Shown here one piece after another: positions 8,666-19,297 of a DNA stretch of 64,000 nt. Location: positions 5,763-69,762 of the forward strand of contig CAYODQ010000002.1 of the NCBI GenBank assembly GCA_964402785.1, given 5' to 3'. This DNA is from an uncultured Planctomycetia bacterium. GTDB lineage: Bacteria; Omnitrophota; Gorgyraeia; 2-02-FULL-51-18. Position 1 is the stretch's first letter. Every line of letters starts with the position of its first letter. A program made the translations under genes and the position numbers. The notes under the pieces are model-generated. The model did no database searches, had not been told where the DNA came from, and saw nothing but the letters and a program-made list of their open reading frames with translations.

Positions 8666-9657
8666 GCGGCACCTTTATACATGTGTAGAAGTGATTTTAC
8701 TTCTTTAAGGGTCTCTTGTGCAACAGAAGATGCTTTGGCTTTGCCTCTTTTAAGGATATCGTCCACCAACCCTTTTTCTTTTTCAAGCTTTTGTCTCAGC
8801 TCATAGATCGGCTTCATGTGATCGGCTAAGATCGCACCAAAATTCTTTTTGCAATCCGTGCAGCCTTTTTGAGCGCTCGTGCACCAATCATATACTTCTT
8901 TGACGACGGACTCCCCCGAAAATATCTTATAATACGAATACACATTGCAAATATCCGGATGTCCGGGGTCGCTGAGTTTGGCACGGCTAGGATCCGTGAT
9001 CATCGATTGGACTTTTTTCTGGACGTCGGTGCCCGGATCCGAAAGATAAATAGCGTTGCCGTAGCTTTTGGACATCTTTCTTTTATCGATGCCCAAAATA
9101 CGCGCCTCTTTTGTCAAAATGGCTTCGGGCTCAGGAAAAATATCTTTTTTATAAAAATGTTTAAAACGCCGCACGATCTCTCGCGTCAGCTCCAGATGAG
9201 CCAGTTGATCCTCGCCCACCGGCACATGACTGGCTTTATACAAAATAATATCTGCTGCCTGCAGAACGGGATATCCCAAAAATCCATACGTGGTCAGGTC
9301 GCGACCCGTGATCTCGCGAAGCTGTTCTTTATAAGTCGGGTTTCTTTCAAGCCAGCCCAGCGGAGTGAGCATACCCAAGATCAAGGCTAACTCAGCATGT
9401 TCGGGTATCTCGGATTGAACAAAAACAGCGCTTTTATCAGGATCGACGCCGCAAGCAAGCCAATCCAAGACCATGTTGTAGGAATATTCGCGAAGCTTGG
9501 CGGGATTTTCGTATTCCCCCATGAGCGCATGGAGGTCAGCGACCATAAAAAAACACTCGTGGGTTTCTTGCAGCTTGCGCCAGTTCTCCAAAGCTCCCAA
9601 CAGGTGACCTAAATGCAAAGGCCCTGTTGGCCGCATACCAGAAAGGATGCGGCCCAT
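8662..9657 (-). CDS. trpS: tryptophanyl-tRNA synthetase
   Basis: SGMRPTGPLHLGHLLGA (HIGH motif) and KMSKS motif. 331 aa. Confidence 0.9.
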   Translation of the reverse strand: MGRILSGMRPTGPLHLGHLLGALENWRKLQETHECFFMVADLHALMGEYENPAKLREYSYNMVLDWLACGVDPDKSAVFVQSEIPEHAELALILGMLTPLGWLERNPTYKEQLREITGRDLTTYGFLGYPVLQAADIILYKASHVPVGEDQLAHLELTREIVRRFKHFYKKDIFPEPEAILTKEARILGIDKRKMSKSYGNAIYLSDPGTDVQKKVQSMITDPSRAKLSDPGHPDICNVYSYYKIFSGESVVKEVYDWCTSAQKGCTDCKKNFGAILADHMKPIYELRQKLEKEKGLVDDILKRGKAKASSVAQETLKEVKSLLHMYKGAA

Positions 9658-12000
9658 TTATTCGAGCTTCCTGGCCTTCTTTTGAATTTCGAATACTTCG
9701 ATACGATCCATGGCGATCAGATCGTCAAAATTGGAAACGCCGATACCGCATTCAAACCCCTCAAGTACTTCGCGGGCATCGTCTTTGAAACGCTTCAAAC
9801 TCTCGACCTTGCCTTCATGGATGCGCTGTCCATTGCGGATGACGCGGCATGAAAAATTACGAACGATCTTGCCTTTTTGGACACTGCAGCCCGCGATAGC
9901 GCCTACTTTGGAAACTTTGAACACTTGACGAACCTCGGCCACGCCCACGAACACTTCTTTTTCTTCGGGCATGAGCAAGCCTTCCATGGCCTTCTCGATC
10001 GCGGTCTTCACCTCATAAATGATCTGGTAGAAACGCACATCCACTTCTTCTTTTTCGGAGATCTCGCGCGCACTGCCTGTGATGCCGACATGAAACCCGA
10101 TCACTACAGCATTGGAAGCGGCGGCCAAAAGCACGTCGGACTCTGTGATATCACCGATACCGGTGTGAATGATATTCAAGCGGACATTTTTAGATTTGAT
10201 GGTGCCCAACGTATTTCTGAGTGCTTCCACCGAGCCCTGCACGTCTGATTTTACGATCAACTTCAGCTCTTCAACTTTACCGGCTTTGATATCCTCAAAT
10301 AAATGCTCGAGCGTGATATGTGAAACGCGTGCCATGCGATTTTCACGCAGAGCCACCTGTTTCTCTTCGATGATCTGACGTGCTTCGCGCTCGTCTTTCA
10401 CCACATAAAAACGATCTCCCGCCACAGGAACGGTTTCCAAACCCAAGATCTCAACGGGCATCGACGGCAACGCTTCTTTGATACGAGCGCCACGGTCATT
10501 GATCATGGCGCGCACTTTTCCATACTGAGATCCCACGATCGCAAAGTCTCCAACGCGAAGCGTGCCTTCTTGGACAAGAACCGTCGCCAAAACACCGCTA
10601 CCCTTCGACAGCTCTGCTTCAACGACCACACCGGTGGCCGGAATATTAGGATCCGCTTTTAATTCCAATAGATCAGACTCGAGGATCAAAAGTTCAAGAA
10701 GCTCATCAATGCCCTTGCCGGTTTTGGCTGACACACCCACCATCACGGTTTTGCCGCCCCATTCTTCAGGCATAAGCCCATGTTCCATCAAGCCTTTTTT
10801 GACACGCTCTGGCTGAGCGCCGGGAAGATCCATTTTGTTGATAGCCACGATAATAGGCACATTGGCGGCTTTGGCGTGATCAATAGCTTCTATGGTCTGC
10901 GGCATCACACCGTCATCAGCGGCCACAACCAATACCACCACATCGGTAGCTTGTGCGCCGCGTGCGCGCATTTGTGTAAAAGCTTCATGGCCCGGTGTAT
11001 CTAAAAATGTAACAGCTCCCTTGGGAAGAAAAACTTCATAAGCTCCAATGTGCTGAGTAATACCGCCCGCTTCGGAGGCCGCAACTTTTGTTTTCCGAAT
11101 AGCATCCAAAAGCGAGGTCTTGCCATGATCCACATGTCCCATAAATGTCACCACGGGAGCGCGTGTTACCATTTTGGATGTGTCTTTAAGCTCGGGACGT
11201 GAGGTTGCCTTTTCGGCAGCAACATCGGCAGCCTTTTCTATTTCATAACCGAACTCGATACCCACCTTCTGAGCCACATCAAAATTCACACTTTGATTGA
11301 TAGAAGCAAAGATCCCAAGCTTGATGAGCCTTGCGATCAGATCACTAGGCTTTGCATAAACTTTTTCGGACAATTCTTTAACGGTGATCGGTGTTTGGAT
11401 CTGAAGCTTCTTTGCCTTGGGCGGCTCCGCCGGTTGCACGGGAGCAGCGGCTATCGGAGCATCGCTTCCCATGGGCCTGAAAGGCTTGCGGACTTCTTGC
11501 ACCGGCTTTGCCTTGGGAGGCGGCGGAGGAACCATGGGCTTCCGGATCACGGGAGCGGAGTAACTGGTCGTATTCACAGGCTTCTTTTCAAAAGATGATG
11601 CTTGTTTCGGAGGAGCTGTCATCCGCTTCATAAGAAGCTCGCGCTTCGCACTTTCGATAGATGATAATGCCGAAGAACTCGAATTGGGCGACTTAAATGA
11701 CGTGTCTTGTTTTGCCGCTGGCTTGACTTCTTCTTTCTTCGCAGGCGCTTTCTCCGTTTTATCCGACTTTACGGTCTTCTCAGCCTTATCAGCAGGCTTC
11801 TCAATTTTTTCCGTTTTCTTAGCGGCGGGAGCAGGGGCGCTTTTCCCGGCAAGCGAGGCTTTGAGGCTTTTGACATCTTCGGCCGTCAAAACACTCATAT
11901 GGCTTGAAGCTGTGATCTTGAGCGCTTTTAGTTTGGCAACAACCTCTTTGGAGGTCAGCTTTAATTCTTTGGCGATCTCATGGACTCGAATACTCATCAA
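9658..12000 (-). CDS. infB: translation initiation factor IF-2
   Basis: 780 aa with a Lys/Ala-rich N-terminus. GTPase motifs [12 protein letters not shown] and DTPGHEAF. Conserved infB-nusA-rimP order. Confidence 0.95.
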   Translation of the reverse strand: MMSIRVHEIAKELKLTSKEVVAKLKALKITASSHMSVLTAEDVKSLKASLAGKSAPAPAAKKTEKIEKPADKAEKTVKSDKTEKAPAKKEEVKPAAKQDTSFKSPNSSSSALSSIESAKRELLMKRMTAPPKQASSFEKKPVNTTSYSAPVIRKPMVPPPPPKAKPVQEVRKPFRPMGSDAPIAAAPVQPAEPPKAKKLQIQTPITVKELSEKVYAKPSDLIARLIKLGIFASINQSVNFDVAQKVGIEFGYEIEKAADVAAEKATSRPELKDTSKMVTRAPVVTFMGHVDHGKTSLLDAIRKTKVAASEAGGITQHIGAYEVFLPKGAVTFLDTPGHEAFTQMRARGAQATDVVVLVVAADDGVMPQTIEAIDHAKAANVPIIVAINKMDLPGAQPERVKKGLMEHGLMPEEWGGKTVMVGVSAKTGKGIDELLELLILESDLLELKADPNIPATGVVVEAELSKGSGVLATVLVQEGTLRVGDFAIVGSQYGKVRAMINDRGARIKEALPSMPVEILGLETVPVAGDRFYVVKDEREARQIIEEKQVALRENRMARVSHITLEHLFEDIKAGKVEELKLIVKSDVQGSVEALRNTLGTIKSKNVRLNIIHTGIGDITESDVLLAAASNAVVIGFHVGITGSAREISEKEEVDVRFYQIIYEVKTAIEKAMEGLLMPEEKEVFVGVAEVRQVFKVSKVGAIAGCSVQKGKIVRNFSCRVIRNGQRIHEGKVESLKRFKDDAREVLEGFECGIGVSNFDDLIAMDRIEVFEIQKKARKLE

Positions 12001-12003
12001 TTC

Positions 12004-13224
12004 TTACTCTTTCTCGGTTTCTGCGCCGGATGCTGAAGCGTCACTGCGTCCCAACGCTGATAGAATTTTTTCCAATGTTTTGGCTCCCACACCCTTGACC
12101 GCTTTTAGATCTTCGAGAGGGGCGTTTTGCAGATCTTCGACGGTCTGATATCCGGCCGCGCGCAATGCTTCGGCGGTTTTGGGGCCCACACCTTCGAGAG
12201 ACTCCAAGGTTTGTCCTCCGGATACCCCGGTCTCAGCGTCACCTTCAGCAGAGCCCTCAGTGATATCATCCAACTTTTCTTTTGCGATGTCTTTTTTGGA
12301 ACGAATATCGATCGACCAGCCGGTGAGCTTTGAGGCCAGGCGCACATTCTGTCCATTCTTTCCAATGGCTAATGAAAGCTGATCATCCGCCACGACCACG
12401 CTAACTCTTTTTTCATCCTCACTCACAACGGTCACAGTGGCTACTTCGGCTGGGCTCAGAGCCGCTCGGATATACTCATCCACAGCATCGCTGTAGCGCA
12501 CGATATCGATCTTCTCACCCTGAAGCTCTTTAACCACACCTTTCACACGAGAGCCGCGAATACCCACACAAGCGCCCACGCAATCCACTTTGTCGTTTTT
12601 GGACCACACGGCGATCTTGGTACGATCCCCCGCCTCACGCGCCACAGAGCAGATCTCAACGGTGCCCTCGGCAACTTCCGGAACTTCCAACTCAAATAAA
12701 GCTTTCACAAAACCCGGATGACTGCGGGACAGAATGACCTGAGGCCCTTTGGCGGTTTTATTGACTTCAAGAATAAACGCATGGATAGAGTCGCCCTGGC
12801 GATAATTATCACGCGGCGACATCTCGCGCTTCGGAAGAACGCCTTCTGTTTTACCGAGATCAACCAAAAGTGAGCCTTTTTCAAAACGATACACGGTGCC
12901 GCTGGCGATCGAATCGGCCTTGGCATGAAATTCGTGAAACACCACATCCCGCTCCGCTTCACGGATCTTTTGAAAGATCACTTGCTTGGCTGTTTGCGCG
13001 GCAATGCGGCCAAATTCATGAGAGATGATCTCTTTTCCATCCGAAAAAATACCGATCTTGCCGGACATGGGATCGATACGAACCTGCACATCCTTATCCT
13101 TGTCATGTAATACTTTCTTGGCCGCAGACACAAGCGCTGCCTCCACCGATTCAAGGAGTACTTGTCGGCTGATGCCTTTTTCACGTTCAATATTTTCGAG
13201 TACGGCTAAAAATTCAGCGTTCAT
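12004..13224 (-). CDS. nusA: transcription termination/antitermination factor NusA
   Basis: S1 and KH domains, with C-terminal HhH repeats (GVGPKTAEAL..., GVGAKTLEKI). Confidence 0.95.
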   Translation of the reverse strand: MNAEFLAVLENIEREKGISRQVLLESVEAALVSAAKKVLHDKDKDVQVRIDPMSGKIGIFSDGKEIISHEFGRIAAQTAKQVIFQKIREAERDVVFHEFHAKADSIASGTVYRFEKGSLLVDLGKTEGVLPKREMSPRDNYRQGDSIHAFILEVNKTAKGPQVILSRSHPGFVKALFELEVPEVAEGTVEICSVAREAGDRTKIAVWSKNDKVDCVGACVGIRGSRVKGVVKELQGEKIDIVRYSDAVDEYIRAALSPAEVATVTVVSEDEKRVSVVVADDQLSLAIGKNGQNVRLASKLTGWSIDIRSKKDIAKEKLDDITEGSAEGDAETGVSGGQTLESLEGVGPKTAEALRAAGYQTVEDLQNAPLEDLKAVKGVGAKTLEKILSALGRSDASASGAETEKE

Positions 13225-13227
13225 ACG

Positions 13228-13707
13228 TCACAGATCCCTTATTGCTTTAACGATCTCATTCCAACGGAAAGATAATTTCTTTCCTTTTTTTTCCACCAAC
13301 TCCACGCCTTCCGGGCTCACTGACTCAAGGCGTGCCTCCCAAAACTGGCTGCGGCCCTCTGCGTCCGTCGTCCAAAGACGGACTTTCTCGCCCTTGGCGC
13401 GGTTAAATTCTTTTTCCGTTTTCATCGGCCTATCCAGGCCCGGGCTATTTACTTCTAAAGAATAAGGCGACCCAAAAAAACTTTGGGGCTGAGCTGCCTC
13501 ATATCTATCAAAAAGCTCACTCAATTTGCGGTTAACTTGGACGCATTGATCCAAAGTAATACCCCCCGCCTTATCCACCAAAAATGTCAAAAAACTTCTC
13601 GACCCTGACCGCCGATACTGGAGCTCGACAAGCTCAGCGCCCAACGACGCGATCTCGGCTTCAATCTCCGGCATTTGCCGTTCTAATTCAATGGGCAGCG
13701 GCGTCAT
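13228..13707 (-). CDS. rimP: ribosome maturation factor RimP
   Basis: 159 aa immediately upstream of nusA, in the conserved rimP-nusA-infB arrangement. Confidence 0.85.
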   Translation of the reverse strand: MTPLPIELERQMPEIEAEIASLGAELVELQYRRSGSRSFLTFLVDKAGGITLDQCVQVNRKLSELFDRYEAAQPQSFFGSPYSLEVNSPGLDRPMKTEKEFNRAKGEKVRLWTTDAEGRSQFWEARLESVSPEGVELVEKKGKKLSFRWNEIVKAIRDL

Positions 13708-13774
13708 ATTTCAATAGTCTATAAATGAGAATTCCGCCAAAAAGCTCGGCGGATTCGTCCTCGTTTCATTCGGC

Positions 13775-13800
13775 GAAAAAAAAAGTGGGCATTCACCCAC
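13775..13800 (-). terminator. rho-independent terminator downstream of proS
   Basis: Minus strand reads gtgggtgaatgcccac (5-6 bp stem, GAAT loop) followed by TTTTTTTTT. Confidence 0.5.
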
Positions 13801-13842
13801 TTCGTGTTAAACCTTCAATTAAGTAGCTTAAGAGTACCAAAA

Positions 13843-15567
13843 TTAGGCTAAATTGTCAATAATCCTGAGTATTTCTGACGGAGCTTTATCCACATCTACC
13901 AACAGCGCTTCGCCTGTTTTTCTGATCTTGATCTCAACCTTACCATTCTTCAGGTTTTTGGGGCCCAGTATCACACGAACCGGCAAACCCAGGAGATCCG
14001 CATCATTGAATTTCACACCGGCAGACTCTGCTCGATCGTCCACCAACATATCCACGCCCGCTTTTTCCAGTGCCGGATCCTGGGCAATATTCTTACAGAT
14101 CTCCAGGCTTTGGGGATCCTTAACATCGATCAATACAACATGTACTTGATAAGGGCTGATATTTTTTGGCCAAACGATACCCTTATCGTCACCATATTGC
14201 TCGATGGCAGCCGCCAATATACGATTGACCCCGATGCCGTAACAACCCATGATCACCGGGTTTTCTTTCCCGGCTGCGTCCAAATAATGCGCTTTCATGG
14301 GTTTTGAATAACGAAGATTGAGCTTAAAAATATGCCCCAGCTCGATCGCCGTTTTAAAATGAAGCGCTTCGCCTTGAGGCGACAGATCACCTTCGGCCAC
14401 TTGTCTGAAATCGCCCACCGTGATCGACTCACCTTTAATGTCACCCAAATTTACGTCGATCATGTGAGTATCATGCTTGTTGGCACCCGTAATAAAATTC
14501 GTCATAGTCAGAACATCTTCGTCGATGTAAATTTTGAGCTTCGCGCCAAATGGGCCGCAAAAACCAAAAGAAAAACCTAATTTTTCGATCGCATCTCGCG
14601 AAGCCATAAAACAACCCGGCTCCGATTTTTTGAGTTTGTATTCGCTCACTTCATGATCTCCGCGAACCAACACCTCAAAAAAAGTACCGTCTGGCCGTTG
14701 ATAGATCATGGTCTTCACCAGATCTTTGGGTTGTTTTTTAAGAAAACGCGCTACGCTCTCAACGCTGCTTTGACCCGGAGTGCTGACCGAAGTTGCTTTG
14801 CCAGATGCGGCGGATGAAGGAAACGTAAGCCCTTTTAATTGACGAGACGCCATCTCAACGCTCATCACCGTATCCGAATCACCGAGCTGAACCATCCTGT
14901 CTTCCCCGGCATCCGAAAATAGCACAAACTCTTGAGAACCCGAGCCGCCCATCGCACCGGGATCCGCCTGCACAATAAAAAACTGAAGCCCGCAACGTGT
15001 AAATATTTGCTTGTACGCTTCTTTCATAGCTTGATAGGTTTCATCCAGGCTTTGATCGGAGGTGTGAAAACTGTAAGCATCTTTCATAATAAATTCGCGG
15101 CTACGGATGACGCCCGATCGAGGACGCATCTCATCGCGGAACTTAGTTTGGATCTGATACCAGGTGGCCGGCAGCTGCTTGTAAGAATGGATCTCTCTTC
15201 TGGCAAGATCCGTGATGATCTCTTCATGTGTGGGACCCAAGACATTTTCTTTGCCGTGGCGGTCTTTGAAATGGATCATGTCTTCACCCATGATGTCAAA
15301 GCGCCCCGTCTCTTTCCAAAGCTCCGCCGGATGAAGTGCCGGCAACAATAACTCCAAAGCACCCGCCTTATCCATTTCATCGCGGACAATGCCCTCGGCT
15401 TTTTTAAGCGCCCTCAAACCCAGAGGTAAATACGAATAGGTTCCGCTTGCCAGCTTACGCGTAAGCCCAGCGCGCAGCATGAGGCGATGACTTTTGATCT
15501 GCGCCTCTTGCGGATTTTCTTTAAGTGTGGGGATCAGCGACTGCGACCAAAAAGCGATACGTTTCAT
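13843..15567 (-). CDS. proS: prolyl-tRNA synthetase
   Basis: 574 aa class II aaRS. N-terminus MKRIAFWSQSLIPTLKENPQEAQIKSHRLMLRAGL is typical of ProRS. Confidence 0.9.
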   Translation of the reverse strand: MKRIAFWSQSLIPTLKENPQEAQIKSHRLMLRAGLTRKLASGTYSYLPLGLRALKKAEGIVRDEMDKAGALELLLPALHPAELWKETGRFDIMGEDMIHFKDRHGKENVLGPTHEEIITDLARREIHSYKQLPATWYQIQTKFRDEMRPRSGVIRSREFIMKDAYSFHTSDQSLDETYQAMKEAYKQIFTRCGLQFFIVQADPGAMGGSGSQEFVLFSDAGEDRMVQLGDSDTVMSVEMASRQLKGLTFPSSAASGKATSVSTPGQSSVESVARFLKKQPKDLVKTMIYQRPDGTFFEVLVRGDHEVSEYKLKKSEPGCFMASRDAIEKLGFSFGFCGPFGAKLKIYIDEDVLTMTNFITGANKHDTHMIDVNLGDIKGESITVGDFRQVAEGDLSPQGEALHFKTAIELGHIFKLNLRYSKPMKAHYLDAAGKENPVIMGCYGIGVNRILAAAIEQYGDDKGIVWPKNISPYQVHVVLIDVKDPQSLEICKNIAQDPALEKAGVDMLVDDRAESAGVKFNDADLLGLPVRVILGPKNLKNGKVEIKIRKTGEALLVDVDKAPSEILRIIDNLA

Positions 15568-16643
15568 TTTTTGAATAATCCTATGATGTTTTCAATGATA
15601 GAGAAGCGTTGAACATCCTGCAGGATCACAAATGCCATCAGCCCCAAAAGTGCGATCATACCACCCTGCGTCATACGCTCTTTGACCGAGTCTTTGAGCG
15701 GAGAGCCTTTTAATTTCTCGATCAAGATAAAAAGCACATGGCCGCCATCCAGAACCGGTATCGGCAGCAAATTGAGCACAAACAAACTCACGCTCAAAGA
15801 ACCCATAAAATACAAAAGATAAGCGATCCCCATTTGAGCCGCTTGCTGCGTCATAAAAAATATGCCGATGGGCCCTGTCATAGAATCTTTGAACGGCATG
15901 GCCCCGGTGATCATGAGCCCAAGCGACATGAACACAAGCGCCGTCATTGACCAGAGCCGATCAAAAGCCAAGATCAACGCCTGTCCAAATGAGCTTTTGA
16001 CAGCGACCATCTCGCTCGAAGGCGCTATGCCCACGAATGATATTTTATGTTTCTTTCCAAAAAAACCGGGCGACTCTTTGATCCTGGGAGCGACGACGAG
16101 AGTTTGCTCGGCGCCAGCGCGATCGATCACAAACTCGATCTTCTCCTCACCTTTATGCACTTGCTTCAGGACATCTTCCCAATAAGTGACCGGCTCATTA
16201 TTTACACGCAGGATCTTATCGCCTTCCACAAAACCAGCTTGAGCGGCGGGCGCATCGGCAAGCACTTTTCCCACTTTGGCTAGAAGCGTCGGCTGGCCTG
16301 TTAAGAAAATAATGAAAAAAAGGACGAATGCCAAAAACGCATTCATGATAGGCCCTGCCATCACAACCGCTAATTTTTGTCCGAGGCTTTTGGATTGAAA
16401 CTCCCAGGACTCACCTTTGGCTTCTTCGGGGCTCTCGCCTGCCATTTTGACAAAACCGCCCAGCGGGAGCAAAGACACACAAAAATCGGTCTCGCCGAAT
16501 TTATGGCCAAATATCTTAGGTCCAAACCCGATCGAAAACTTTTCAACACGAATACCCACCATGCGCGCCACTATAAAATGACCGTATTCGTGCACGATGA
16601 CCAGAACACCCAGCACCAAAATGAACATCAAAGCACTTTGCAT
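15564..16643 (-). CDS. rseP: RIP zinc metalloprotease RseP (site-2 protease)
   Basis: HEYGHFIVAR (HExxH) in the first transmembrane segment, an internal PDZ-like region, and a LDGG motif. Likely start at MQSALMF (16643). Confidence 0.85.
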   Translation of the reverse strand: MQSALMFILVLGVLVIVHEYGHFIVARMVGIRVEKFSIGFGPKIFGHKFGETDFCVSLLPLGGFVKMAGESPEEAKGESWEFQSKSLGQKLAVVMAGPIMNAFLAFVLFFIIFLTGQPTLLAKVGKVLADAPAAQAGFVEGDKILRVNNEPVTYWEDVLKQVHKGEEKIEFVIDRAGAEQTLVVAPRIKESPGFFGKKHKISFVGIAPSSEMVAVKSSFGQALILAFDRLWSMTALVFMSLGLMITGAMPFKDSMTGPIGIFFMTQQAAQMGIAYLLYFMGSLSVSLFVLNLLPIPVLDGGHVLFILIEKLKGSPLKDSVKERMTQGGMIALLGLMAFVILQDVQRFSIIENIIGLFKK

Positions 16644-17788
16644 AGTTTCCTCGTCTCCTCCAACGCCCAAGCGTGCACTTCTTGTATATCCCTAAGATCG
16701 GGGTCGGCGATATGCCGATGATGCGCCATTACATTTTCAATGATTCTTGGGATTTGTACAAATGTAATTTTATCGTCCAAATAGGCCGATACCGCCACCT
16801 CATCTGCTGCCGATAAAACACAAGGCGCGCTGCCGGATTGCCTCGCGGCCTCGTAAGCTAGCCCGAGACAAGGAAATTTGGCCTTGTCCGGCGAGCTAAA
16901 ATGCAGCGAGCCGATCTGCGCCAGATCAAGCTTAAGCTCGGAAGGAACTTCGAGCCGCTTCGGGTATGAAAGCGCATATTGAATGGGCAGCTTCATATCA
17001 GTGACACCTAGCTGGGCAATGGTCGAGCCATCTTTGAACGACACCATTGAATGCACGATCGCTTCCGGATGCACCAAAACTTCGATACGATTGATAGGAA
17101 CATCGAACAACGAAGCTGCTTCGATGATCTCAAGGCCTTTATTCATCATGGTCGCCGAATCCACGGATATCTTCTTGCCCATACGCCAACGAGGATGATT
17201 GATCACGAATTCCTTGGTGAGAGTTTTGAATTGGCTAGCTGCGATATCCTTCAGCGGCCCACCTGAACTTGTAAGGATCAGTTTATCCACCGACGGAAGA
17301 TCTTGCCCTTGCAAACACTGAAAGATCGCCGAATGCTCGCTGTCGACCGGAACCAGGCATGCTTTTTTGTGGCAGCGAAGTGTATTGATCAATAACACCC
17401 CGGCCATGACCAAGATCTCTTTATTCGCCACCGCGATCTTCTTGCCTGCGCGGATGGCAGACAAAACCGCGGGCAAAGACGAAGTCCCTGTGGCGGCAGC
17501 CATAAGAATATCGGCGTCTAAATAACGAACGAATGCTTCCACGCCTTCTTTGTGTGTAAATAGTTTGATATTTTTGGGCAAACGTTTAGCGATCGACGAT
17601 GATGCTTGCGGGTCATCGAGATAAATAGCTTTGGGTTTAAACTCGAGTGCCTGCTGCAATATTTCATCGGCTTTGGATCCAGCTGCCAAGCCCGCGATCT
17701 TAAAAAATTTATCCTGCTGACGCACCACAGCCAGCGTATTACGCCCAACGGAGCCAGTGGATCCTAAAACGGTGACGGTTTGTTTCAC
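16628..17788 (-). CDS. dxr: 1-deoxy-D-xylulose 5-phosphate reductoisomerase
   Basis: TVLGSTGSVGRNTLAVV NADPH-binding N-terminus. 386 aa. Sits in the dxr-cdsA-uppS neighbourhood. Confidence 0.9.
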   Translation of the reverse strand: MKQTVTVLGSTGSVGRNTLAVVRQQDKFFKIAGLAAGSKADEILQQALEFKPKAIYLDDPQASSSIAKRLPKNIKLFTHKEGVEAFVRYLDADILMAAATGTSSLPAVLSAIRAGKKIAVANKEILVMAGVLLINTLRCHKKACLVPVDSEHSAIFQCLQGQDLPSVDKLILTSSGGPLKDIAASQFKTLTKEFVINHPRWRMGKKISVDSATMMNKGLEIIEAASLFDVPINRIEVLVHPEAIVHSMVSFKDGSTIAQLGVTDMKLPIQYALSYPKRLEVPSELKLDLAQIGSLHFSSPDKAKFPCLGLAYEAARQSGSAPCVLSAADEVAVSAYLDDKITFVQIPRIIENVMAHHRHIADPDLRDIQEVHAWALEETRKLCKVL

Positions 17789-18609
17789 GACAAATTCATC
17801 CCCACTAAATGAAAATAAAAAATGGGCACCGTGAACAAAACGCTATCCACCGCATCCAATACGCCACCCATGCCCGGCAGCGACTTACCAGAATCCTTTG
17901 TCTGACAAAAACGCTTCATCAGCGACTCCGACAGATCACCGATCTGGCCTACGATACCGATCAAGACACCCAAGATGATCAAGTGCGGCAAACTCCAGTG
18001 TTTGGGCAAATACGGCTGCATCAAACAAGAAACAACTACGCTTAAAAACAATCCACCAAACAAACCTTCGACCGACTTTTTGGGAGACACATGCGGGATC
18101 AGAGTGTGCTTTCCAAAAAGAGACCCGATGCAATAGGCGCCCACATCCCCCGCTTTCGTCACCGCTAAGATATAAGCAACCCAATAGACGCCCTCGTATA
18201 AAAATCGAAGCTTGATCAAAAAACTCAAGAACCAGCTGACATACAAGATCCCAAATAATGTCAAAGCAATACCCACGAGCGCTTCGGAATTATTCTTGCG
18301 GGTGAATTGTAGAACGAAAAGAAAAAGACACCCAAGGATTAGAAAAAGAACTTCCCCCGAGCGAGTCGATCCTTGCTCTAAATAAACAACAGCCGGTATG
18401 ATGGCTGCCATCGCCACACCAAACAGACGATAACAAGGCACCTTCGCCTCACGCAACAGCGTAAAAAATTCGAACTGCGCCAGTGCCACAAAAATGGCGG
18501 TCAGCACCGCGAACCAAAAATAATTGGACCAAAAAAGCACGAACGCGATCAGCGAGATCAAAAATGTGCTGGTCATCAATCGTTTAGCTAGCGGCATGGA
18601 TATCCCCAA
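17785..18609 (-). CDS. cdsA: phosphatidate cytidylyltransferase
   Basis: Polytopic membrane protein with a C-terminal CTP-transferase signature (SLMKRFCQTKDSGKSLPGMGGVLD). Confidence 0.8.
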   Translation of the reverse strand: MGISMPLAKRLMTSTFLISLIAFVLFWSNYFWFAVLTAIFVALAQFEFFTLLREAKVPCYRLFGVAMAAIIPAVVYLEQGSTRSGEVLFLILGCLFLFVLQFTRKNNSEALVGIALTLFGILYVSWFLSFLIKLRFLYEGVYWVAYILAVTKAGDVGAYCIGSLFGKHTLIPHVSPKKSVEGLFGGLFLSVVVSCLMQPYLPKHWSLPHLIILGVLIGIVGQIGDLSESLMKRFCQTKDSGKSLPGMGGVLDAVDSVLFTVPIFYFHLVGMNLS

Positions 18610-19297
18610 AACGCCTCTCTCGTTTTTGATACTCCCTCAAAGCTTTCAGATAATCATCGCGTGAAAAATCAGGCCAGTATTTTCTGGTGATATAAAACTC
18701 GGCATAAGAAAGCTGCCATAGCAGGAAATTGGACAAACGCATCTCGCCGCTGGTGCGGATCAAAAGATCCGGATCTGGAAGGCCGCGTGTATAAAGGTGG
18801 TCTGAAAAATAGGCTTCATTGAGGAGGCCATCGGCTGGAGCCTCCTCCAAGATCTCTCGAACAGCATCCAATATCTCCGTGCGCGCGCCATAGTTGAGCG
18901 CGATATTAAGGATAAGCGTACGATTTTTCTTGGTCTTCTCGACGGTTTCTTTTAATTTTTTTTGAACAGATGAGGGAAGCATCTCGGTGCGCCCTATCGT
19001 TCGGAATTGAACACCTTGCTTGACGAGATTTTTAAGTTCTTTATCCAAGAAAAAGTCCAGCAGCCTCATGAGCACCGTCACCTCTTCTTGGGGTCGCTTC
19101 CAATTTTCTTGGCTAAAGGCATAAAGAGTGAGCACCGGGATGCCGAAATCAATGGAAGCTTTGACGATCTCCCGAACGCTTTTAACTCCCGCGCGATGAC
19201 CTGCCACACGCGGCAAACCACGCTCTTTGGCCCATCGGCCATTGCCGTCCATGATCACGGCGACATGCTTGGGAAAATTAGCGTACTCTTCGGGCAC
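18584..19297 (-). CDS. uppS: undecaprenyl diphosphate synthase
   Basis: HVAVIMDGNGRWA motif at the N-terminus. Confidence 0.9.
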   Translation of the reverse strand: MPEEYANFPKHVAVIMDGNGRWAKERGLPRVAGHRAGVKSVREIVKASIDFGIPVLTLYAFSQENWKRPQEEVTVLMRLLDFFLDKELKNLVKQGVQFRTIGRTEMLPSSVQKKLKETVEKTKKNRTLILNIALNYGARTEILDAVREILEEAPADGLLNEAYFSDHLYTRGLPDPDLLIRTSGEMRLSNFLLWQLSYAEFYITRKYWPDFSRDDYLKALREYQKRERRFGDIHAAS